In this document: positions 12,111 through 24,400 of the stretch, piece after piece
Layout: every line of letters begins with the position of its first letter
Numbering within the stretch: the stretch's first letter is position 1
Assembly (NCBI GenBank): GCA_977016875.1
Contig: CDRNST010000148.1
Location: 2,108,001-2,172,000 of the forward strand
Origin: Pavona decussata
Lineage: Eukaryota
DNA: 64,000 bases
Direction: 5' to 3'
Translations under genes and position numbers: made by a program
Notes under the pieces: model-generated
The model's input: the letters and a program-made list of their open reading frames with translations, nothing else
Databases searched by the model: none
Told to the model about the DNA's origin: nothing

Positions 12111-15100
12111 ATGATTTTCCAAATAATTGCGTTGGTTTTCCTCGGAAGTTCCGTTGCCCAAGGTAGGTCCTAAAACCACTCCTTTTTTCAGTAGTTCTGT
12201 GTTGCCAGAATTAGTTTGAAAAGGAAACTCATTTCCAGCTGTTAAAGCGCATAAAACAACACACCACTCAGTGAGGCGAGCTTTGATCGATTTTGAGTGC
12301 TTATATGGACTAAAAATTGGACTTGCGATGAGAATTTTAGGCTTAAAACAATGATATTAGTGGACAGTGAATTCTGGAAGGTCCTTTTGACTATGTTCTC
12401 ATTGAATTGGAATTGGACGTCTATTGGTTTTGCAGAGCGAGTAAAACTGGAAAAGTGGAAGCGAGCTTTTGACTGCTTGCATGGGACTGATAAATGGCCT
12501 TACAATGAGAATCTTAGGCTTAGAAAAAAGCGACATTAGTGGAGAGTGAATTCCTGAAGTTCCTCTTGACTATATTCTCGTTGAATTGGAATTAGATGCA
12601 TATTAGTTCTGTAGAGGGAGGGAACTGGAGAAGCCGAAGAAAACGTTCGGAGCTTAATAGTCGAGAATTTGAAAGAAACTCAAAAAACCCCAATGAAGCA
12701 GCATGAGTATGGAAGCCATGAACATTAAAGGGAGGCGAATAGTTTCATCCTTATTTTTTTTTTTCATATCGCATTACTACTTTCTCTAGCTTTCTAACTA
12801 GCTTTCTAATTCAAATTTAACTTCTAGTTTCGTCCTCATCCGAACCCTACAAAAGGCAAAATTGTTCGAAATAAAAAGAGGTTAACTGGCAACGGATGTT
12901 GGAAAATTTCCGCTGACAACCGAGAAATGCTTACAGCTAATTTACTCATTCACACTACTGTCCTCTTCCAACAGCGACAGAACTGAAATGTAGAAATGCA
13001 TAAACAAAAAGAAAGGGTTGTTCTTTTTGCTCTTGAAGTACACTGATAGGCTGGCACATGCATGTAATCGGCGACTCATAAGGCATATTAAATATACACA
13101 TCATGGTTTACAAGGCTTGTGTCAAAGGCTCAGAAAGCCTTATTCTCCTCAGATTTCAATTTCTTTAGTTTTCGGATCAGATTCAGAGGGACAAAAATAC
13201 CGTTTAGTGCGAAATCCGAAGGACAGCTACTCTTTGGCAAAAGTTAACAGGAGCTCAGAACATTAACATTATGGAAATAAAGTTTCTGCAACTTGCATAT
13301 TCAGCCAAAGAAAATAAAAAACAAAGCAAGTATCATCTTTAAAGGTTCTAAAACGATCTGGAAAAACAGAGAACGATATTTTAAATATCAGTTTGCTTTC
13401 ATTTTTTTCTGTTGGGTGTCCGTGGTAGTCACGCTTATGGTTCACAGAGAAAATATCCTGAAAGTTCTAAACATTATTGAATGCGGTAGAAATTCTTAAT
13501 TACGATTCAGTTACAGGATGAAAAGATTTTGAATGGTGATTTTCACCTCAATACTTTTAAGTTAAAACATGATTTTTTTCTTTTTTTTTTCACATAGAGG
13601 TTAGATCTTCTTCGTGGCAAAAAAAAGGAAACCCAATTTGTCATGACTACGGGTCCGTTTGGGAAAATATTTCCCTCAAAAATTAAGCAATAATTGTTTA
13701 CGTAAAAAGCTCTATATATTTACAATACTGACAAAGAAATGTCTTAATTTTTTGGCAATGTCAAACAGAACTGATAAGCAACTTGAATTTTCAGAATTAC
13801 AGCTGTATTAAAAAAATATAATTCGATAGTTTTCAAACACGCCACAAACCTGAAAGCTGATATGGGTAATTTATTAAGAAATTTACCAAATTCGCCCATA
13901 AACTAACTAGTACTCCTAAAAGAATGAAATCACAGAAAAAAAATGTATTTTGTACTTCCATCCATCCCACCCACCTCACAATCGTGAGATTTCATCAGAA
14001 TTACAAAAGATTTACAACTACCTATACTACCTTTCGCTATTATCGCGTTAGCTCGAGGCTTTAAAATCCGACAACGTTAATTGAGATAGCTGTAGAATAC
14101 AATTTGCAAAAAGAAAAAGGAAGCTATTTAGTAGATAACCCTAGCCTCTTCAGGCGGCTGATGTAATCGAAGATAATGCCCGAGACTGAAAACTTGTCCG
14201 AGAAATCAATTGGCCGAGAAACGAAGCTTCGAGGACAACTGTGAAACTTTAAAGAGAAGTTTTGAAGTCGAGGGCATGTATCATCCGATGTATCAGCAGG
14301 CACGAATGGGATTTATTTATTATATAACCCTCCGATTAATTTCTGAAACGTGGGGGCTTTACTTTTAAAACAGCCAGTGGTGGCCACGGCGCGATTGCAG
14401 CCAAATAAAATACAAGGTAACTAATTTTTTTTAAATATAAAAAATTTAAAAATTCTGCAGGTGTACTCAGAGCGCAATTAAAATTTTTTAAAGTGGGATA
14501 TTTCGTTCGGATCCACCGAACTTCGTCAGCCAACAATCGAAGTTCGGTGGATCCGAACGAACTGAATATCCCACTTTAAAAATTTTGATTGCGCTCTGAG
14601 TACAGAATTTTTTATATTTTTTATATTTTAAAATCATGATTCCAGAGCAGGAAAACAATATTTTTGATTCTACAAGCTAACTAGTTTACTACAATGTGAT
14701 TGGATTAAAACAACTGAGACCTAAAACCGTGACGTTCTTGCTCTGTTTCATTTTTCGAAAAAGTCGGATGAATCTTATTGTCTAATAACCGTAGCCCGAT
14801 TTTGCAGCTCGTGATGTGCTTAATCCAATGAGAACGAGAGTAAAATAATCGGTGGGTTATAATTATAATTCACGAGTGCTGCTTTGCCTTTTTCCTTTTC
14901 ACACGGCTAGATGCATCAGCTGGTGCGGGCTGGACGAAGATTAATAAAGGCATTGAGGTGTGTGTACAACCGAGACAAAACAGGTTTGGCCATCTGTCGT
15001 ACCTTGAGGATAGTAAGCTGGTGGGAGCTTTGAAACTCAAGTACCATTCTGGGGAAGTCAGGTGAGAAAAACATTGATATCAAAGTTATATGAGCTAGCC

Positions 15101-17285
15101 TAACAGCAACAGCGTACCACCAAAAGACAAATCTCATTGAAACAGAAAGTATCGCGACCATTAAAAGCAACTCGCGCAGATATATTTAGAAGAAAAATAA
15201 GCAAGGCTGATGCTACGTAGACAACTTAGCACGACAGCGGCATGTTAGAGACCAAACTGAGAATCAAAATGTAACCGTGAATAGCTGTTTCGAGCTGGTT
15301 GGTCGTTAGCACGGTGCCTGAGCAGCAAGAAGTAGAATGTTCAACCAACATGAGTTAGTTGTCTAAATGTACTTGGTAATGACCCCAGATGGGCCCAAAT
15401 GTTTGCCAAAGTCATAGCGCGTGACAGTCTTTCACAGATTCTGCGTATACCAGCAGCATTTTCGTTCGCGGTCCTTTGCCACATATTTACTTATATAAAT
15501 ATTTACCGGCCGTTTTTGGAGCAAGAGGTCCCCTCTCCCCACTCCCCGCCACCCAACTCGATCCCAGGGCCTTTTCGATTTCTTAATTCCTCCGAAAAAA
15601 AAAAAACAAAAAAAAAACAAACCAAACAAGATCAACGAAGACAGAAAGAACAAAGAGGAAAAAGGAAGACAAAGGAAAACAAAGGAAAAAAATTATCACT
15701 CTTATTACTACTTTCAAAACAACCTTACCCTTATAACTAATTTAGCCACGACATCAAACTGCTCAAACCATAGACAGTTACTTTTAATTTATGCGTAAAA
15801 TCGTTGACCGCGGTGACTTATTTCTTTCCTGAAGAGTTATCGGTCGTTATAGACTGCACGCAATTTTAATTTTCTTTATTTTCTTTCTTTTTTCTTTTTT
15901 TGTTTTTGTTTCATTCAATAAGCCCTACTAACCTCGTTCTTGAGTTCAAAAATGATAAGAGTGTTTTGCCTTAGACGAGGCCAGTAGGGCTAATTTGAAT
16001 GTAGACAAAAGAATATCAAAATATCAGCCATTTTTGCAGCATAAGGTTGTTGTAAGTATGGTGTCCAAGCCATGGCCATGCAAGGCGCCACCTATCGCTT
16101 AACCCTTTTGAAGAGTGTAGTACTTCAGCACTCTCACACATTTTAACCAAATATTCCATCATAATTATACATCTCTTCCTTTTCTGTAATTTTTTTCCAT
16201 TATGTTCTCGTGCTCGTCTTGTCCCGCCTCGACTAGCTTTGTGGCTATTTGCGGGACAAGCCCTTTATATAATCTGAATCTGTAAGTAAATAAATTGTTG
16301 TTGTTGTTACCTTCTCTGTATTATTTGATGTCCCCACCTTCTGACCTCACTTTCACCGATTTCATACAGGTGCAAGAGCAACGAGGCTTACAACAGCAGA
16401 TGGGGCTGTGGCGCCTCCAAAGATCATCGCCTGAACATCATCATTACTGATGAGTCCAATTACGTGATCTTCCCTCTTCCGAAATACTTCACGCAAACTC
16501 AAGGAATGTGGTACAACATGCCTCTGGTTGACCCAGAGTAAGGACTATACATGTCACCAATCATACGTTTCGCTCTTAAAAAATAATAATTCTTTTGATT
16601 CTTGATGCCGCATATTTATATGACCCAACATAGGCGATGTTCAAAAAACACTGCCTTTTCTTAGCATCCAAACAAGTCCATAGAGATTTAACGTACGTGC
16701 CTCAGATTGGCTACTCAAACTGCGGATAATTATTGTCAATAATTATATTAACTCTGAATTATGTCATTACGGCAATCATACCCTCAAATTAATGTTGCAT
16801 AATTTGGTGGTACCTCTGGTAGGAAAGACTTTACGAATCTCGCGCTAAAAATTTACAGATACAGATCTTGAGCTATTGATGGCTGTCTGTCTTTTTGTTG
16901 TCAGTGCCTGCTCGTGATCTGTCTTTCGGTCATTCCCCTTATTTTTCTACCTGTATGTAAATTCAAAAATTTTTGTTTGAGCCCCACAGTTCCAATTGAT
17001 TTCTAGTGACCGCGTGGGATGAATTTGGACCTGAATTTGAATTTGAATTTACAGTGCGTATACTTTCCTAAGTGCTATGATTTTTTGGCAAAAAAAAAAA
17101 CACTTCGTAACCTTATTTTTCTCTTCAGATCCTCAGATGAACTGGTTTTCGCAAATTTCGCTGACCCGTTGTACCTAAAAAAGAACGACCGCCTGCGGTT
17201 CTGGTACGGAGAAGACTTGACGGACAACGGTGAAGACGACAACCAGGGCAATGTCTGCTTCGACGTGTACGCGCTGTTCATATAA
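12111..17285 (+). CDS. Small secreted protein (175 aa predicted) consisting of one uncharacterised 4-Cys domain; exons 12111-12162, 14911-15061, 16370-16537, 17129-17285
   Basis: All introns are GT-AG with matching phases (1,2,2). Spliced ORF: MIFQIIALVFLGSSVAQDASAGAGWTKINKGIEVCVQPRQNRFG...LKLKYHSGEVRCKSNEAYNSRWGCG...IITDESNYVIFP...WYNMPLVDPESSDELVF...LRFWYGEDLTDNGEDDNQGNVCFDVYALFI*. Hydrophobic signal peptide. AATAAA at 17380-17385. Confidence 0.85.
12276..12640. repeat. Diverged tandem duplication, about 180 bp x2
   Basis: ATTAGTGGA.AGTGAATTC and TTGAATTGGAATT recur at an offset of 180 bp (GTGAATTC at 12367 and 12547). Confidence 0.75.
14432..14630. mobile_element. Long palindromic (foldback/MITE-like) element
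   Basis: Perfect 24-bp inverted repeat at 14502-14525 and 14538-14561 around a 12-nt loop, extending imperfectly to about 95 bp per arm. It lies inside a larger element with ends TATAACCCTCCGATTA (about 14323) and TAATCGGTGGGTTATA (about 14860). Confidence 0.8.
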
Positions 17286-17450
17286 CTAGGGGAAAACGTT
17301 TTATTTTCGTTCACTTTATTCTTATCTTTAGCGGTTTTAAGAGCAGCAAGGCCACTCATTATCTTATTAGTTCTCAGCAAATAAACTGTGGATTTAAAAG
17401 ATCTGTTTCAGTCCCTGGTAACTTAGAGGCTGATTCTAGCAACCCCCAAC

Positions 17451-17779
17451 CCCGAGAGGGAGGGGGGGGGGGTGGGTACTCGTCGGAGTTTTTAGTGAAG
17501 GTGTGCAGCTCGGTTCTCCAAATCCTGCCCCTCTTTCAGACCAAAATATGTAATTTTTAGGCACTCTTTTTCAACCCTGGCCTCTTAAATTCGTACCCAT
17601 TTTCAGACCTGGTTTCTAGAATCCAACCATTTTCTGTAAAATCCTTTCCCGTTTTCAGACTTTCAGACCACAATGGTTGAAATCTATACCCTATTTCAGA
17701 CCGGCTCAACTCAGCTCAAAACCATACTCTTTGGGGCCGCGATACCTATATAGCTTATATAGCGGAGTACCCCCCCCGG
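17451..17779. mobile_element. MITE-like repeat with poly-G/poly-C termini (GGG..GTACTC ... GAGTACCCCCCCCGG)
   Basis: Inverted terminal motifs. A related element lies at about 46216-46535. Confidence 0.55.
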
Positions 17780-18988
17780 AATTGTACCCCTTCAAGAACC
17801 ATTTTGGTCACAATTTGAGCAATGGTGTATCAATGATCATGTCAGCCTCCTCTAGGACTCATCTAAACCCTTGAGTGCATTTCAGACCTTAAAACTAGAA
17901 TTATTTTGGCCCTTATTTAAGACCGATTCAATTTAACCCTTAAAAACCATTTCGGCCACCCTCCCCCCCCCCCCCAAAAAAAAAAAAAACAGGGACGCAT
18001 TTTAGCCCTTGTCTTTTATTAAAGGCTGAAATGTATCTATTTTGGCCCTAATTTAGGAAAACACAATACTTAACTCACTGAATCAGCCCCAATTAAGAGG
18101 CCAGAACAAATCGTTTGAATTTTCGGTGTTTCGAATCACATATTCATGTAGAATGTAATACTGGGATGTAATAAACAACCAGGATTTCCCCTGGATGCAC
18201 GAATAACTTTTGTTTATTTTCAGTTATATATATCAGGGACATAATCCTAATTGTCTGATTAAATAATGATTCAAGGTTTCGATATCTGGGGCCCATGGCA
18301 CGTCGGTCAAGCTGACTATGTGTAATAATCTACACTTTCTAAATAACTTAAAGAGGCACTGTCACGTCGATTTTGCTGCATTTCGGTCAAAACTGCGCAA
18401 GTATTTGACATAGAACCTGTTTTGTAACATGAAATTGTTCTTACAACACGGGGAACGAAAAAATTAAGGATTTTCTCCAAGGAAGAACAAACCATAACCA
18501 ATTTTTAGGGACTTTCCTAAAATACACAGGGAGAACTTGAAACAACTGGCCAAGTTTTTCAAAGTTGCAAACCATTTCCATCCTCGCCATCCGCAGCCAA
18601 ACATAATTAATACTAGAAATTGTGCACTAGTAGCGTTATTGTTAACAAAACTCAACCATTATTTAAACTGCTCCATTGAAATTAATATTTGTTTTGGCTA
18701 TTCACAGCAACCCTAAAAATCGGTGACTCACACTCAGTGTGAATATGCTTCTTACAAGGAGTCAATCAACGTGGGAACCGAAAGATACAGAAATGAGCAT
18801 TAACTGATAAATCAAGCAAAGTTCAAATCTCTCTTCTGCACTATTTGAGTGATGACTATTTCTGTTGAATAAAATGTGATCATATCGTTTGCTGCCACAG
18901 GTTGATTCTCTTTCTCAAGGTCTGAGTTTCGGTTTTCAGAACCTTAACCGCGTACAGGGTTACCTCGCAAAGCTTGCCAGTAATTGTT

Positions 18989-21480
18989 TCACTTCGTTTC
19001 GAGCTCTGTAACTTTCAAGAGACCTATCTGTCTCACACGGAGTAAGTCCCCACTATTCTCGGTGCCGGACAGTTCATACGCCGCTCTTCTTCCAAAGGGT
19101 GTGACGTGTTCTAACGACATACCTCTGGAAAGGTTAGTCTGGGATGTTGAATCTCTTTCCCCAGGTCTTACCAAGTTTCCGGTGGGGTTAAAACAGCTTC
19201 TTATGACGTCGAAAAAAGCACGGCGAAAATTTCTGCTCAGTGTGATGTATAAGTAAGGGTTTATAGCTGAGTTTGCGTGAGAGACACCAAACGCGACTAG
19301 ATAAAGCAATTCGGGAAGTTTGCGGGTTGTTTTTTCGTCATAAAAGTTAAAATAGTGCATCAAATGTGCAGGAAGCCAACACAATGCAAAAACAATAACA
19401 ACGATGATAAGCATTTTAATCGTTCTTCGCTTGCCGAGCTCGGCGTGTCTGATGTTCGCAGCGGTCGGATTTCCTGGAATCTGTCGAACCCAGAGCTTAA
19501 AGGAAATGATGCAGTAGAAAACGGCAATGACAAACAACGGAACAATATAAAGACAGATAAAAACGAACGTAAAGTAAATGCGCGATGCCCTTAAAGTGTC
19601 AGCCAAGGGCTCCCACATGACAAAGCAGTGGTAATTGCCATCCTGCACTAGAACGGCTTTATAGCTGTACAGGTAGGGAGACGAGAGAATAACAGACAGG
19701 ACCCAAATAATGCCACTTGTCGCGGAAATCTTACGAATGGATCTTAAGCGTTTGAACGGGTACGCCACGGCAACGAAGCGATCCAACGCGATCACGATCA
19801 GCGACAAAATGGACGCTGCGATCGACAGCGTGATAGAGAAGTGTAGTATCTTACACGTGGTCATACCCATAATGCCACCGAACCAGCGGCTCTGCACAAA
19901 CGAATAGGCAACCGAGTAGGGCATGGCGCTGAATGTCATGAGGAGGTCAGCTATGGCCATGTTGGCGATTAAAGAGTTCGTCACTGATCTCATGTAGGGC
20001 CTTGACAGCACGATGTAGACAGTCATAGCATTTCCGCTAAGAGAAAATAAAAACATCACGCCGTATATAAGGGTGATGATCACTTGGTGTGTCGTCGAAG
20101 TCGAATCAGGCGGAAGATGCAGCTGATCAGAGGAGTTTGTGGAATCTGAAAAAGTCAGGTACAATGATAGATTATTTACTGGAAGGTACTATTAAAAATG
20201 ACCGACTGGTTAGACAAACAGTGCCGCGCACCATACAGTTGCCATTTGATGACGATTTTATTAGTTTCAACAACCTTTTTGACTACCCTCCAGCTGCTAG
20301 GCTAACAATCTTTGGGTTCTCCGACACTCTTACGGTTTGTCACACAATCTCTCCTCCACCATGTGAGAGAGCGTCACCAGTCCAGAAAGCGTCTGTGTGG
20401 GACGCTTCCTTTTGACAATTCACTGATGGTTTTGCTTCTTATTGACCAATCAAAACCCAACAAATTTGCGAGTCAGAGTTGTTTCACGGTTTACGCTCGA
20501 CTCCGCACTACCTGATTCCTGGAGTCAAAATTGATTCCTGAAAGTTATCAAATGTTTGTCAAAACCTACTCCAAAACTTATTAAGTCACCACGGTACGGC
20601 GCTCAGCATTGTCGAGCCACGAAAGGAACTAGAGAACAGTGGCAGACACTAATCAACCTCGTTACCAGGCTCTCTCTTCTTACAATAATTTAGAGACCCT
20701 GGGAGCTTACCGTTTACATGGAAAACCCGGGAATTCCAGTTGGGAAATCAAATGGTACGCATCATTCCATTTGGAGCACTTCCGAAATTATGGGCTTCTG
20801 GTCAAAGTGATGCATTTTTGGGATTTACGGCTGATGCTCATACATTTTGCATGTTATCCATCTTCTGTTAAGAGAAGCTAAATCATTTTGTATTTATGCC
20901 GAAAATTTCCATCCGGGTGGTTTGCGTAAATGGTAAGCACCCCCTGTCAACAAGGTTGCTCTTGTGTATAAAGAACCTCTAAATTGAGCGCCATTTCAGA
21001 TATGTTTAGTATACAAATGGGATTGTTTGTTCAAGAGTTACCAGCGCTTCTCTGGAGTAATGACTCTGATCCCGGAAGCTACCAGATAAATAAAATTCCA
21101 TATTATTGTGAAAAAACATCGGAGACAAACAGGTCTACCACCGCGGGGTATGGTACGGTAAAAAGAGCATTAATGGCTTCATTCGAAAATGGTTCGGCAC
21201 ACACATGCATTCACAAACTGAGAAGTAAAAACCCAAGGTTTGTTTGTTATCATAATATTTTCAAATTGTGTTCATTTGCTTATTCAAATTCTTGCTGGTT
21301 AAATAAATGTACTCTGGATATTTCATATCGAAAAACAAAGTAAACATAAAGGCAGCCTTTTTCCACGGTTAATTCAGTCCTATTACAGAACGCAAAACCT
21401 ACACTAGAGAGGTAAATCTAACACTAAATAATGAATAATATCGTTGAATACTACTCACCGTTTGTAGTGGACATATTCAT
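18989..21480 (-). CDS. Class A GPCR, neuropeptide-receptor-like, paralog of the 7091-8978 gene; coding exons 21480-21459 and 20145-18989
   Basis: 7TM ORF with GN, MAIAD, DRF, CWLP and NPYLY. Micro-exon ATGAATATGTCCACTACAAACG|gtgagt joins in phase 1 to ttttcag|ATTCC, giving MNMSTTNDSTNSS with three N-glycosylation sequons. An acceptor for an upstream 5' UTR intron lies at 21563-21564. Confidence 0.93.
20701..20942. mobile_element. MITE with 3-bp TSD (CCT), nested in a smaller palindromic repeat
   Basis: Termini GGGAGCTTACCGTTTAC and GTAAATGGTAAGCACCC, with CCT on both sides. Host ends are CAACCTCGTT (20654) and AACAAGGTTG (about 20958). Confidence 0.7.
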
Positions 21481-24400
21481 TCTGACGGCCTAGGAGTCTG
21501 CCTCTGCTCGGTCTCTTTTTGTTATCTATGTCTTATTCAGTCTATTGTCCGAACACTAAAACCTATTAGGAAAAAAAGAAAGCCGATATTTAGTAATGAG
21601 TGCTTTTATAAGCCGCAGATGCAGGTGATAACATACATGATAAATGTTCACCTGATTTTAAAGGGCCCCTATTGGACAAGCCTCGTGTTTTAATGACATG
21701 CCTGTTGTCCGACACTAATTTAAACCATAGACTGAGACTACTTATTCTATTAAGTGCACGTCCTAGATCGAGCTCGATTTTATTACGTTGTAATTGCTCA
21801 GTCAGATATGTTTTCTGGCATCAGTTTTTGGCGTATTCAAATTCATTCACTTTCATCACGATTTTAAAACAACAACAATTATATGGGTTTACTTGACAGA
21901 CTTTACAATATACTTAACATAGCAAATTTTAATTTTTGCGGAAACCCCATGTAAAAGTTAAGCGCACAATTAAATGCGCACACACCAAAAATTCTCTTCA
22001 GAATGGTGCAATTTTTCTGTTCGAGCATCAAATTTTTACCATGCGCATGCGATTTCTTGATATGAAGCATTTTCAAGGTTAGATGAGTTTTCAAAGGTTG
22101 CAAATGACACGTACAAGCAGTCTCATAATTGTAAAAACTCCACTGTAACTAAATACTGACATATAAAAGTTATCTAAGGAAAGAATATTGAACATATTTA
22201 TGGAACATCCATTCGGAATCGTCACCTTTTTTAAATAAACTCTAGACTACCTGTATGTATTTCAAAGCAACACCGCGTCAAACTGCATGGTTACAAAAAA
22301 AAAAAAAAACAATTCTAAAAAGGCCATTAGATTTAAAAGGCCCCTCTCGATCGGCTTCGACATTATAGAAGCTTTCAGAACGTTTTTATTTCCAGCTTCT
22401 CCTTAACACTCATTATAGGTTCATATGATTAAGACATGTAAAATATTTGTTTTTAGCTGGGTTTTGTTTTTCAGTTTTTTGATGTGGTAGTGGTGAAATA
22501 ACTCGCGTGCATGAGATGGCTGCGAGACAAAAAAAATAAACAATGGCAAGGAGTAACGCACAGCATGTGAACTTACATAGAAAATGACTTGACGGAAACA
22601 TGCCATGGAACTTTCATTCGAAAACTGTATGAAGCCGCTTTTTTAAATCGAACTAGATCCTGTCCGAATGAGTTAAACTGCAAGTGTTTCCTGCACTGAG
22701 GAGAAACCATAAGATTATGGACTTTTTTGCTCCGTTTACAAAGATTAATCTTTCATTTATACAATAAAGAATTGAAAATTGTATAAATTTCAACTCGTGT
22801 ACGTGCGGTTTGGAATCCTTCTGCGATAGAAGGCCAGACTGCTAACATCTTGAATTTGCGAACGGGACTTTGGGCGTGATGCTCAAAGACTTTGCCTATA
22901 AATTCTGAAGGTCTCTTGGCCGAGACGAAACGCCGCGTCACACTAACCACGAACATTTCACAAGTATTTAATCTTTCATTCCTTTTTTCTGATTCAAGAA
23001 ATTAACAGCAAGATACTACCCAATTAAGCGATATGCATTCTGAGTTTTGTAAAGATGCAAACGGAAATAAAATGTCGCCTAGGGCGTAGGTAGAGTCTGT
23101 TGAATTTTTGAGAGGGAAAATTCTTTTCAGTGCCTGGCGTTAGTTTATTATAAGCCGTAGGCAATTACAGTAAATTTTAAAACGTACTATTACACCCATC
23201 AGCGTACAGTGTGTATTTAGCATTCGGTTATAACTTTCAGACTGCAATTTCATTTTAATTCTTTGAAAATCACTTGCCGGATTCGCGATTCCTTAAAAAG
23301 TTGTTCTCACTGGTTACTCAAGTAAAATCTCAAACTGAAAATATCATCTTGTTTTGAGGGTTTGTTCATAGCGAACGGAATTAGAAAACGCCACTATTGA
23401 TGGAAATTTAAAAAAATGATCGACGACTGACGTAAAGGTTCCTTACTTTGGAAACATAGCCATATGCTCGGTATTTTTTCGTGCTAGGAGCCTTGTGTTT
23501 CTGTTTTTGCCTTTTGCAACTTGTAAGGCGATCTTACTTAAAGTTATGATGAAGATAGACAACTTCCGTGATTCTTATTTCCTAAAACTAAGTGATAAAA
23601 TTTTAGTTAAATGGCACTACTGGGTCAATGCCAAATTCGAAGACTAAACGTTTACTGATACAGCGATAAAGAAGGTTTTTATAGCTTTATGAACCAAGTC
23701 TACAAACACCTTTGCCGCTAAGATAAAATGTAAACAGAAGGTTGGCAATATTCAGTAATGCTAATCACGAATTCACATGAAAACTTTGAGTCCAAACCAA
23801 ACTGATTTCCTTTTCCTCTGATTATAGGTTTTGACTTTCAAAACGTCACACTTGTCTTGTATTTGGCGGAAAAAAATGTCAAAGACGACGTTTATTAAAG
23901 TGAAAAGTCAAATACCAGTGAACAGTGTTTATAGTGGCCGGCTGTTTTCACAGTCTAAGCAAAAAAAAAATTATTTTTTTTCTCCTTTTTCTCATTAATC
24001 TTTTCAATATTAATCAGTAACACCCTTCCCTTGATAATTTTTTAGCCTTGGAAAAACATTTATTTCGCATTAAGTTTCGTTCTAGAACTAAACGCAAAAA
24101 CAGCCTAGATTTTTTTTTTCTCCAACATAAATTTTAAAGCTTTAGACACGAGATACATCGATTCTTCGTCGATTCGTAGAGGAAAGCCCGTTCGATTCAA
24201 TAGCCGAGTCAGTCCAAAGAAGGAAAGAATCATGAAAGAACACGTAGAACTGAAAATCTACTATACCTTGAACTTCACCTTGTTTACATAATGCCTTTGC
24301 AAAGCGCCTTTAGACGAAATTAACAGACCAGGTTCTTGCCGCAGCTTTTATAAAGGAACGATTGGCTAATTAACAATGTGCTTGATAAAGGTGATTAAAA

